From Lytechinus pictus (lineage: Eukaryota), in contig NC_087259.1 in assembly GCF_037042905.1 (NCBI RefSeq), positions 21,204,001-21,268,000 of the forward strand: DNA of 64,000 bases, read 5' to 3'. This document shows positions 1 through 12,167 of the stretch, piece after piece. How positions within the stretch are numbered: the first letter of the stretch is position 1; every line of letters begins with the position of its first letter. The notes beneath the pieces are model-generated. The model was not told the DNA's origin, made no database searches, and saw only the letters and a program-made list of their open reading frames with translations. The position numbers were made by a program, and so were the translations under genes.

Positions 1-575
1 ATTACTCCAGAAACGTGCAATTAGAAATATTATTATTAACAATGTTGGTTACCTATCTCATACATATCCATTATTTTTTTTTAAAATAAACTCCTTCGTA
101 TTTTTTATCTCTATATCTAAAAGTTTAACTGAGGAATCTTCATGTATCAGTTAAATGCCAATGATATAAAGATGTAACATTTTTATCAGCTTCCAATTCT
201 CTCGCCTTTGCATGCAAAGTATTTTGGTCATTTGAAAGTGGTATTGTATTAACAAACGTGTGCATTCTGTGGGGAAAGTTGGTAAATACGCAAAATCACT
301 GATCAGCAATTGACCATATTTTTGGTTTTTTTGAAAAAAATGAAGACTTTGAAAATTTGTTTTGGCCTCTTCGAATTCCCTTTGGACTGCTTGAAGGATG
401 CTGCAAAGTTTTAGCATATTGAAATTATTTTCTAATTCATAATAAATGTGCATGTTCAGTAATACAATTACAAGGCAGGAGTATACAATCACTAAAAAAT
501 AAAGTATTCTAGCATTTAGGATCACAAAATTCAAAAATCCCCACCTTTTTCCCCCATTTTTAATCTTGCGTGAAG

Positions 576-3500
576 TGAGCTTTATTACCAAGACTTTGAT
601 AATCCTTTTATGTAAGTGATAGGGTTATGCAACAACAGTCAGAAGAATCTTGGCTTTGAGATGAGCTAGGTTTGCTTATAATAATTCACGTGGGTGTTCC
701 TCAATCCAATTTTTATGAAATTTTCAGTCTCATGCGTGCTTAATTTTCCTATGATCATTCAATCCAACTTGTTTGGGATGAACTTGGCCTTTTTAAAATG
801 CACTTTTTTAGCTATCGTAATGGATTGACAGAATTTGAAGGAAAAATCTTCACAGTGACAATGTTCCATAAACTCCAACAATAAGAATGAGTCAAGACAA
901 ATATGATCATCATTATAATTTTCAATTAAATATTGAGCTATGTGTATCCCTGATATTTTTTAATGGTATATTGATGATGTTATGTCAAATTGGTAAATCA
1001 ACATTGTTTTTCATAGCAAATCTACAAAGAAATGTGTTGAAGACAAATTGAAAGAAACCGAGAGGTTCCATCATCATACTGCTGCTTCAAAGAGCTCACA
1101 CTCCAAGAAAAAGAGGAGGAAATCAAATGCTGAAAGAAATAAGAAGAAAAGCAGACATGAAAAGGTAGAATATTAACAATGTAAAAATTTATATCAATTA
1201 ATAATTAGTTTTCCACAAAGCCTGTGGGAAATAAATGTTAATGAATATAAGAGAATGAATAGATGGTAATCTGTATTTTTTTTTATTTATAACTTAATAT
1301 TGTCCATTAAATTAATGCACATATGGTTACCTCCATGTACTTGTATTATTTGACAATACATGTATTATTCACAATTTATTTCTTTTCCCCTACGGTACAG
1401 TATTATCCTTTCTAATTTCCCTAGTTTCTTTCTTTAGCTTTTATTTTCCATTCTTGATATTTTATCTTCTCTAGCTTCCCCCATTCCTCTGCTTATTTTC
1501 TCATGTACAGTTAATGGATGTCTATTATTAGTCTGTAGAGTTATACTAGGAATTTGAATTCTATTTTCCAATTTATGATGAATCTATCTGTCATTCACAA
1601 TCTGTAATTGGTAGGATTTTCTTATATTCAATGTAAAAACTTATGTTTTTTAATGTATGTAATACATGATGTATGTTAAATCAATATTTTTATCCATGTT
1701 TGAAGAGTAACAAGATGGAATTCCCCATGTTGTCAGATCCACACAGACCTGTACCACTTATTACACAAAATAGGATCACTGTAAGTATGAATTTAGAAAT
1801 TTCACTCTGTTACTAAACGTTTATTTTTGCTTGCATCATCTCCTTAATACTTGTAGATCATAGAATACACAATGTAAGATTGAAACCTTGGATACCCCCG
1901 ACATCTTAGTGAGTGTAGATCTGTCTGAGGGTTATCAGAAACAACCAAGAAAAAACATAATGTACATACTCGAGACAAATTCAGTTGATATGGTAAAAAA
2001 TATATTTCTAACTTTTGATCATACTGGTACTTAACTCTAACTGTCTATGGGAAACAAAATGGACAAGCGTATACAGGGCAAATTGCCAAATATTTTCCTG
2101 TTATGATTTTAAATTTTTGAGGAGCATGTAAAATATAAAAGTGGCATTTTATTTTGCAGCTAAAATCAGGTCCTGAATATAAATTATATTCAGGACCTGA
2201 TTTTAGCTGCAAAATAAAATGCCACTTTTATAATCATATATTTCATTCTATTCTAGATCATCAAGTTTCAATTAAAGATTATTTTTTCTATTGTGATTTA
2301 GACCTCAGTTGGAATATACAACAAAGCAAAGAAATCTGACAAAGTTTTGCGAGGTAAGCATCATAATTTTGAATTTTACTTCTACTTTTTTTCTTAAGGT
2401 GTTCACAAGTTGTAAAAGGAAAAAAAGGCCGCTATGCAAGCAGGACAATATGATGCATTGGGAACAAATCTGGAAAGTGAAAATTCCACTGTTTTAGTGT
2501 CATGGTGTATGAAAGATAACATGCATGCTTGTATGTTTTTTATGATAGCATTTAAAAAAAATTAAAACTGGTATTTGAAGTATGAATGTCAAGTTTACTT
2601 TTACTTTCAGTTTTTTTTTTTAGTTATACCATTTCCCCTATCATTTTATCTGACTAGTTTCTTTATCAAAGTTTTCCAGTTTTTCAAATTGATTTATTGC
2701 AGATGGAGCTATTTTGTAAATCTGCATCTGTTTGCCCTTTTTCATTATTTTTTTTCCTCCAGATTTCAAAATACTGAATAGGGTTATGATTGAATTCCTT
2801 GAAGAAAGCTATATTGTATACCTAGATTACCTGATGAAAAAAATTCATGTTTTATCCTCTTTGTTGAATTTTTCCTTTCAAGATTTGATAATACCAGATG
2901 CTGTTAGGGTAAAAACTCAGGAAAGCTTACAAAAGATACTTGATATGTCGGAAGCTAATCTTCCACCAGCTCCTAACCTTGATTCACCCCTGATATTGGA
3001 TGATATGGCTATTGGTCTGGTACAAGTAGTGCAGTCTGCCTCTCCTGTACCATGTATTCAAGCATCAAAACCTGTCACTGTTGCTTCAGCACCCAAACCA
3101 ATTGCTGCTATTAAGTGAGTAATCTGATATTTTAGTCAATGCCAACCAGCAGTATTTAAACAAAAAAATTATTCGTGAAATATTACCATATGTGGAATAC
3201 CATTTGTAGAAAATTAATATAAGGTCAACTGGAGCCCTTGCAAATATTTAAAGTTGTGGTTGTTATACAATTTTGAATGAAGTCAATCATTTGAGATTTC
3301 AAGGGCTAATTTTTTTTTTTCCTATTGGTCCAATGACAGAATTAAACTTGCAGAAAATTTGTCCGACCCTGCTCTCCGCTAAATTAGTTTCAATAAGGGA
3401 CCATTAAGAAAATAATGTAATGTCTGATTTGACTCTTAGCTACATATACATGCAGTTAATCAATATAATACAATGGATACTAAAGAAAATGATTTCAATT

Positions 3501-6500
3501 TATACCTCAATTAGAAAAGTAAGTATAGTTCTTTGTCAAGGGTTCCTGTTCAAACCATCACATACTGTGTAAAATTTGTTTCCTTTTACAGTTCTCATGC
3601 AGATAACAATGAAGGATTATCATGTCATAGAGGAAGGTCAACAGATGAACATATAACTCATACTCGGAGTTTTGTACCTCATGTTAATACAAGCACAGAG
3701 GTAAGCTTCTCTCATACTATTCGATTTCTCATTAGAAAGAGATCAGGGCAATTGCAGCTTAGTTAAGCACTGGGTCCAATTGCACCTTTGGCATTTACAG
3801 TGTTGAGAAAAATACCGATTATTGGTATTTGTTTTTTTTATGTCTATAGATATAAACTTTTTTGTCCAGAAATAATAATTTCCTCCTCGTAATATGAATG
3901 TGATCCATGCACTGATAGAAATATATCATTTATAATGGTGTAGATTTTTAATTAGAATTTGATACCAGTAGTTATTCCATTCTTAGTTCATGCCATGTCC
4001 AAGTAAAAATAGGACATCCTATTGAGAGAAAAGTGAAATTTATATGGTTGGGTCTAATGTAGACTAAGAATAAAATAGATTGATCTGTAACTTCATACTA
4101 ATCATATTTATGTTTCAAATTATTATTAAAACCACAATGTTGTGTATGTTTTGTATGTGTTGTATGTTTAAAATAACAACCTACCATATTCATATTTGAA
4201 GATTTACCTCAAATAAAAAAATGATGATTGTGAAAATGTGATCTTAGGTAGATATTGAAACAGTACATTTATTAGAATTAATATTTAACCTATGTGGTTG
4301 GTAGCCTTGTTTACCTGAATAATAATTAAATTTGCACTAATTTTTCATTTATAGAACAAGGTGCTCATCATATGAGTGTGGTCTAAATGTAGATATAGAA
4401 GAATTAATTTTTAGAAAATCGGTCTATACCTTTAAGACTTCATACTAATCATGCTCAAGTTTTCGATAACTTTTCATACAAAAAAGAGGATGTTGATGAT
4501 ACAAATGTAATCTAATGTAGATGTAGAAGAATTATTTTCTAGAGAGTGGATATTTACCTTATGATATTTTATTTCATATTTATCATGATTTTTTTTGGTG
4601 ATTGTCTTAATTTTTTTCTGCATTTATATATTATACCTTTTTTCTATGTAATACAAAATGTTAACCTTTTAATGTACAGGATATCATAAGTAATTTTTTA
4701 AATATGCATGAAAATAGGTAAAATCAGTGTACAGATTAATTTTAGTTACCATTGTTGACATAATTATATCTGCAATATAATGTAGATGTAGAAGTAGTGT
4801 AATGTAACTTCATGTATTTTCACTTCGGTTAGCAGTTCAGTTTTAACTCATATGCAATAACATGTACTTCATGTACATTTAAAGAATAATGTGTTTACAG
4901 AAATATGTGCAATTGTCAAAAGAGAGAGGACAAGAGAGATAGAGAAGGGGGTTTAGGAGAGATGAACATTACAAACAAGATAGTAATATAATAAATTACA
5001 TTATTAAACAAACATGAAATTTACAGATCGGTATGGGAAAATCAAAACAAAAAATCTGTTAGAAATAAATATGTGTTTATCTGCTTGATTTTCTGTGTTG
5101 TATTTCATCTCAAAATTTTTCTTTGTAGACAAGGAATAAAAATTGTCAATTTTATTATTTTTTTGTTCTTTATGATAAAACAAAACATCTCATCATTCTA
5201 CACACATTGAAAGTGTGGTAGATAAGGCCTACATGATACAGAGTTGCCAGGTAGTACTGACTTTCCGTATTAAGTACTGAAAAATGAGAAGACTGATGGT
5301 CACTTGCAAAATACTGATTTCTTAAGTTTCACCAAGTCCAATGGTATTTCTTTGAAAATACTGATTTCCTCACCAAAATACTGATTTTCAGCTTTTAGAA
5401 TACTGAAATGTTCTTGTTCAGGTTGGCAGCTCTGATAATAAGTGCATATTAAACATATTTGAATTTTTTTTGTATTTGTCTGCAAAGATAGATGAATGAT
5501 TTTCATTTCCCCCCATTTTTTTAGCTGTCACCAATATCAGAAGCTGCAGAAATGATACAATCATCATTTAATCTTAATAGCGTCTTCCATGGCAGAGGTA
5601 AGTTAAGACTGAAATATAACAACAGCAAAATATTCAGAAACAGTCAATCGATGGTGTTAATGGGGGAGGGGGGCAAGTAGGTATATGCACCTGGTCCAGA
5701 GAATTAAAATACAGTAAGGCAAAAGTAAAACCTGAACACCCAAATTTTAAAGACTTACAAATACCCAGACAATTTGAAGTGGGTGCAATGCCAGCACTGT
5801 CCCTGTGTGCTTTCACACACACAAATCAAATTTCTTAAACTCTCATTGATGTGTCTGTTGAGGTTCAGTTTACATCACCTGTCCTAGGAATGTGAATTAT
5901 ATTTCACTTCTCATTTGTTTATTACTCAACTTGAGGGGGAAAACACTTTATTTCATCTTCATTATCTTTCTTTTATTACTGACAAGTTAAGGAAAACAAT
6001 TTAACCGAAACTTGTGGCTATGACCAAACTTGATGCAGCCATTTGATTTAGTTTTTGAAAACGCATTTATATTACTATCACTTTCCATTCCTTATGTAAC
6101 CGACAATCTGGGAATGCACTTTTAAGATTGTTAGATAGATTAGATCCTGATCTTTGTCAGTGTGTCTATGTTTTAATTTTGAACGATTTTTATTTTGATT
6201 CATGACCAAGATAAATAGTTTGTGGGTTTTTTTTAGGGAAGAAACAAAGTGAAGAATCAAAATTTACACTTTTTAGAGTTTGTTTCATGTTGCTTTGTGC
6301 ACTCATCATCTGTTATCCATCACAAATTTTGAAGGTTTTTTTTTCAGAAGTGTTGATAAATGTATGCTTGCTTTTATTCTAGACTACTTTGCAGAGATCA
6401 AAGATAGTCTTCTGAAGCAGCTCCATAGACAGAGGCAAAGGTAATAATAATAATAACAATACATATATTTTTTTTCACAAAACTTATAAGAGGGTTTCAC

Positions 6501-9108
6501 AGATAGACTAGATCTATCATCTAAATGTTTTGATGTCATAAGCATCTTTCTTGGTAGAGTCATCTCTTTATCATGTTTATGTAATGTTGGTGGTATGAGT
6601 GAAATTGCCATTCAACAACTGTATTGTTTCCAGGGTATCGATTTCCTTTGTAAATAATACCTTCGCTATAAATGGGATTGTGAAACACCCCTCTTTCACT
6701 GTAACGTTGCAATATCTGAATACAGTCAAATAATTTGAGCTTTAAAGTTTGATTGATATAGTGCATGAAAACATTTTATATTCATTTTCCCTTTTCTCTA
6801 GTTCTGCCCTGAAAACTCCCAGAAAATCTCACATACCAAGCAGGCATCACTCCTCAGTCAGGAAGAATCTCACCAAGGAGTTTGACAGAAAATCAGGTCA
6901 GTGTATAACTCCCCAGGGAGTGGAGAATGCATGAGATGTTTGTAATAAGCCCCAATTAGTGATGGAGTAACCTATGTGACAAGTCCAATTTCTCCCAACT
7001 CAAAGATATTTATATGATTTTAAGAGAATCAACTTCAGCAGAACTACCTGGTGTTTATGTATGTTTGTCAAACAAATTAACCTGGGGGGATCTGTATTTA
7101 TCAGCTTCCTTATTATTGTTGTTTTTTTTTCCAGGGAGTGTAAAATCATGTCGCTTAGCTAGTGAGAGCAGTGTACAGCAAAGTGATATCGTAAGAAGAT
7201 CTGACCTGATTCCAAAGGTACATTCATTCATCTATCCATCTTCATATTTTTTTCCTTCATATAATTTTCAAACCCAGTGTGTCACCTAAGATGGGTTGAT
7301 ATATCAGTAAAGTGCTAAGAGGTAACTCCTGCATGATGTATCAATCACCATAAAAATCAATGATTTAATGTATAGGAAAGTGAGTACTTGAAAATTGTCA
7401 TTTTATATCTGACACATTTTGGCTAATCAAATGGATTTCATATATTCAGTATAACTCCTATCATTTCAAAGGGCAAATTATATCACAGGACTGCAATTAT
7501 GTAGAAATTTGTCAAATGGAACACTTGTCTCTGTAACAAAGAGTAACAGGAACAGGCATTTTGGGCAGATTTTCTGTCATTTCTCCTACATGAAAAAGAA
7601 ACCTGACAAATTCTTAGTTCAAATACAGTACAACAAAAGAACTTTAATTAAATGCTTCTGTGATAATATGTATCTATGTGATCTGTATGTAAAATAAGAG
7701 ATGAACTTATCTGTGGGTGAAAATAGTTTGGTCATATAATCTGAAAATTAAGAATATATATGTATTAATCATTGACTTTCTCTCATAATCTTGATCCAGT
7801 CCAAAAGTCCATCTGGGCTTGAACCAACGAGGCCTCACATCACCAGGGGATTGTCCTCACTGACGGTGTCCACTGCCCCCCATACCATCGCAGCTCCTCC
7901 ATCAGACATGATACAAGTCAATGCATTTGAAGAATGTGCAAGGACACTTCAACATCAGCCAACGGTGGATATATCAGTCGATGAGTTCTTCCCTAGGGTT
8001 GAAACACAGGTGCTCAACCTTAACAACCTTAGTTCATGCGTTTCGTAATAGAAGCTTGCAAAATTCGCCCTAATTGAAGGTTCTTTAGCCTTAATCGTGA
8101 GAGATTGATCAAATAGACTGTACTCAATATAATGCATAATCACATTGTTTCTATAGACACTAAAAGCATGTGCTTTTTAGTGGATCCCTCCATTTTCTCA
8201 GATCTTTACAATGTGAATGATAATTTGCTTTTATATTATAATTTGTTTTACTTATGAAAAATATCATACATTGTACCTACCTCAATTTATATTGTTTGTA
8301 TATTAAGTTTCACTTGCAAATGTCATTGTAATTATTTACAACCATTTTATTTTGCTCTGTAAAAATTAAATAAAGCAAATTTGAATTTGGGATTTGAATC
8401 CTTATCTTGCCTGCGCTTGGGATTCATTGTTCAGGAATACATTTTTTTTTCATTTTCCAATTCTCAACTACGACTCATGCTATTTTGCTTTTCTTTGAAA
8501 AAGTTGTCAACCCATGTGCATCTCCCGATGATAAACGTTGGTGGTGAATTATGTATTTTGACATGAATGGATTGCTTTTGTTAGGATTTGATATGCTCCT
8601 TTTAGTGGTATATCAAAGGGATGGGGTAAGAGGGCGTGTTCCACATGGGTTTCGTGAAACACAAAGTGAGGAAATATAAAAAATGATTTTTGGTATGTAC
8701 ATGAAGCTCAGAAGCAGATACTAATTGATATTCTTGTCCATTATTCAGATGCTACATGGTGCGCACACTGTGGATATTCTGGACTCCATTCAACTCAGCT
8801 GTAGTAGTAACAGTGACAGCTTCTCCTTCTCAGATCCTCATCACATGGAAGGCACTGTGATCCCTACATCATCCCTCATCTACCCACCCCATCTAGATCC
8901 TACATTACCATTCCAGGAGGCTGAAAGGTACGCCATGACAGCAAGGAAACACCACAGTCAACATGGGATGGTTGTTCTCAAGAAGGGAAAGTATGAGCCT
9001 TATGAGGAAGATTCTCCCGAGTACTCCTTTCCATTGCCACCTCCACCAGTTCTGCCTCCGAGTTCACCAAGCCCACCCAAGATGTTCCGCAGACAGAGAA
9101 TGTACTAA
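576..9108 (+). CDS. Uncharacterised, largely disordered nuclear protein, 5'-incomplete (about 510 codons in window)
   Basis: Phase-consistent GT-AG exon chain: 576-611 (less certain), 1017-1164, 1706-1780, 2302-2353, 2883-3114, 3592-3700, 5525-5597, 6383-6440, 6802-6896, 7135-7217, 7800-8009, 8749-9108 (TAA). Reads open throughout: ELYYQDFDNPFI-KSTKK...KKKRRK...DLIIPDAVRVK...LSPISE...TPRK...PPKMFRRQRMY*. S/P/K-rich; no domain recognised. Confidence 0.75.
2134..2232. repeat. Perfect palindrome, 49-bp arms with 1-nt spacer
   Basis: tataaaagtggcattttattttgcagctaaaatcaggtcctgaatataa-a-ttatattcaggacctgattttagctgcaaaataaaatgccacttttata; the arms are exact reverse complements. Confidence 0.95.
5239..5434. 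mobile_element. hAT-like MITE with probable 6-bp TSD
   Basis: Termini CAGAGTTGCCA / TGGCAGCTCTG; internal aaatactgattt repeats; flanks ATGATA / ATAATA (one mismatch). Confidence 0.65.
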
Positions 9109-9500
9109 GATTAAGGAAATGCAGACACTGGAATAATATCCTCCAGGGGGTGAGGTGGGAAATTTTTTAGCCTTGTATCAGGGGTTACTGATATGTTTCA
9201 TTTCTTTGCCACCTTGATCAACTGGCTCTGTATCTTTAAGCTCACCAAGTCCGGATCCGCCCATAATGTTACCCAGACAGAGTACATACTAGATAAATAG
9301 TCAGGACGTTTTCAAATAGCAGCTCATCCAGAGGGGAATTACAAGCCATATGTGAGTTTTCACAGATATTACATTTCCTTGCTACCTAAACTGCATGGTT
9401 CTGTGTATACTGCCAAGCTTGCCAAGTCTGCCCAAGATGTTCCAAAGACAGAGATGTTTTAGATAGTTAGGACACATATTAAATGAAACACAGACATAAG
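8985..9500 (+). repeat. Degenerate tandem triplication (period about 175 bp) of the gene 1 C-terminal coding segment
   Basis: Units start at 8985, 9157 and 9334 and share gggaa..agcc, tttc..tgc(c/t)acct and ccaag..atgtt..agacagag..ta(a/g). Translations: SPSPPKMFRRQRMY*, SPSPDPPIMLPRQSTY*, PSLPKMFQRQR. Confidence 0.8.
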
Positions 9501-10251
9501 ACTTTAAATTGTCTCTCAGTGGTTAAGCCAGCCATACCATGTGTTACCATATAACATTAAATTTTCTTGCCATGTCAATACAATTTGTTTCTGCAAAAAT
9601 TCTAGTAAATATTGGTTATGAACTTTTCAAAATAGTCCAGGCACAATATATGTGTATAATATGAGTAAAAAGAGCAGGGCCCCTGCCCCTTGTGCCCTAT
9701 ATAGCTGTGTGGATTATATCATGGGTGGGGATAATGATCGAGCCAGTCTATCAAAGTTAAATAAATGATGATCTATTATATCTTGAGGCACAGTGAAGGG
9801 GGAAGAAATTGAGGTTTCTAATTCTACATTGCTTTGAATTTATTTTGAAATGAGTATACATCTGGGTTCTTGCATGAATTCTGACACTTTGGGTCTAAGC
9901 TCATCCTGGAAATTATTGTTAGAATATTCTTATATTGTCTTTTTGAGAATCTCTTCATTTAAATTATTATTATTATTATTATTATTTTTTTTTTTTTTTG
10001 GGGGGGGGGGATGGGTCAAATGTCACAAATTTTTTAACAGCATGTTGTTAACTCACATCTATAATAGGTTTAAAATTCAAGAGACAAATTTGTTACCTTC
10101 AGAAGGTATATGTTAGTAGATTGGAGATATAGTTAAAAAACATGAAAACTGTGGAAATACGATCGGTTGCCATTTAGCTAGCCTAGAACATTATTTATAT
10201 GTTTGTTGTAAATAATACTGTAAATTTGTAGATATATATGTTTATATCTTC

Positions 10252-10257
10252 AATAAA
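10252..10257 (+). terminator. Polyadenylation signal of gene 1
   Basis: AATAAA about 1.15 kb after the stop codon, followed by a GT-rich downstream element (tgttttgcgtggtg). Confidence 0.6.
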
Positions 10258-10705
10258 ATTAATTGATATACAAATTGTTTTGCGTGGTGATTGATAGTGA
10301 GTGTTCTTGTATGTGCGTGAGAAAAAAAGAGGGAGAATGTACCATTGAACACCCTACTATAAGCTAGCACATTATGTTTCCATACCAAATCCTATAGGTC
10401 TTGCAAAAGTTATCCAAATGTATTACTAAGCATTATTTTGATAATGTTGATATGGCATCATATCCCTCATACTTACAATTTTTTATACTTTTAATCGAAA
10501 AATATTTTATTGGCAACATTAACTTTTCTTCATAATTATTGTTAATTTTAATTTTTTAATTTGATAATCATCACACGAAAGTGTGTTTTAATAGATGTTT
10601 AATGTTTTCATAACATTTTTTAAACATTAATATTAGCAGGGTATCGACACGCGTCCCCCCCCCCAAACAAATGATTAAGTGGTTTGTTGGCTTGTTCATC
10701 TCTGA

Positions 10706-11017
10706 GGCCTGTATTCTGATAGCAGGTTTAACTTAAACTCAGGTTTAAAGTTGTGGTTTAAGTATGGATAGCCAATTGTTACATAAAACACTAATGGTAG
10801 AGATATCATATTTCAGCTCATTTGGCTCTCAAATTATTCATAATTGTCTAAGAAGTATAAATAGATTATTGTCGATCACCATCGATGAATCAGGAAAGAG
10901 CACAGTAAACATAAGAAACGTTCAACTTAATAAAAAATTTGATACTTTTGGCTTCCCATACTTAAACCACAACTTTAAACCTGAGTTTAAGTTAAACCTG
11001 ACTTCAGAATACGGGCC
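10706..11017. mobile_element. PIF/Harbinger-type MITE
   Basis: About 60-bp TIRs (ggcctgtattctga...caggtttaacttaaactcaggtttaaagttgtggtttaagtatgg); 3-bp TSD TGA on both sides; a diverged relative lies at 39633-39922. Confidence 0.85.
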
Positions 11018-11879
11018 TGAATGTTTTAGGAATTTTATAAAGTCCCACAAAAAACGAGGATGAGATACAATGAGAAAAGGAGCTAAAATGTTCAACTAAA
11101 AAATTTGAGCATTATAGAGGGAGCTTGAAGAGAAAAATTATTCATGAGAGAAAGAAATGGAGAGACTAAGAGGTAGACTTGGACAAATCGGTGTGTGGGA
11201 GGGGGGGGAGGGTATATGTTGAATATCATATGCCAGGTCATGGTCAGAGGATGACACGGCTGGCCGGACATTTGCTTATGGCTTTACGTTGTCTGAGATA
11301 CAGGGTTAGAGTAGCAATGGAGTTTTATTTTAGGGTTATAGGTGGATAGAGTATAAGTGTTCATATGCTCTGGTCTTAAAACCTCAGAGGGCATATAGCT
11401 GGGTTAGAATAATATTTTTCGTTCAGAATAATGTAAATAAAATTAGGGTTTATTTATATAGTTTTAGAGGTTAGGTTTCAGGTTAATTTTGCTCATGTAA
11501 TGTGTAATAAATTTTCCATTGGAGCATTTGCCATAGCAAATGTCATGCATGGAACCAAAATTTTATGCAATCCAATATAGCCTTCCACTAAAGCGCAGCA
11601 GTAGATCTAAAGGGTTGACCAGTAAAAGGGAGTGGCAAATTATATATTGTGGGGCATGATTTCTCAAGTTTTCTGACATTTTTTTTTTTTGGGGGGGGGG
11701 TCATGGACCCCCTGGATCCGCCACTTCCCTAAACTCACAGTAAAGAAATGATTAATGTTCTAAAATGCATTATCAAATTTAGCTGAATCCCAAGGTCAGC
11801 TATTCAGTTGGAATGCGGGGACGTCTTCAGGACATATCTTATTTCAAGATGTGATGTTTTGGTGCATTGTGTTATTTTC

Positions 11880-12167
11880 ATTAGGCCTACGTTACACTTA
11901 AATCCATATCTGTTCCTGATTGGTTGAACAGCCGTTTTTCGCGCGAACGTGCATCAAAACAATGAATGGGGGCCACCCATTGAACTTACCGTACATAGCC
12001 TAGGCTACTACGCAGTACTTACCGTACGGGCGCGGGCCGTATACCTGTAGGCTGTAATCTGTATACCATTGAAATCTACATGTGAACCATTTCAAAACAC
12101 ACATTTGATGTCTTTTTGGTTTAGCCCGCCGTGCTGAAGTAATGAACGATGTTCATGATCCAGGTCC
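11880..12167 (+). promoter_or_regulatory. Candidate CpG-rich FPGS promoter and first exon
   Basis: Local CpG enrichment in AT-rich DNA; inverted CCAAT (ctgattggtt, about 11917); GC-rich gggcgcgggc; candidate donors CAG|GTCCGT (12163/12164) and CC|GTATGT (12167/12168); T-rich intron-like DNA follows. Confidence 0.4.

Noticed and set aside
576-611. ELYYQDFDN resembles the EKYxxxFE motif of Scm3/HJURP
   Set aside because: Only a few residues match and the preceding helix is not visible in the window; this needs a profile search with the full protein.
812-890. Possible gene 1 exon YRNGLTEFEGKIFTVTMFHKLQQ
   Set aside because: There is no convincing phase-2 donor before the stop, and exon 576-611 joins 1017 in frame without it.
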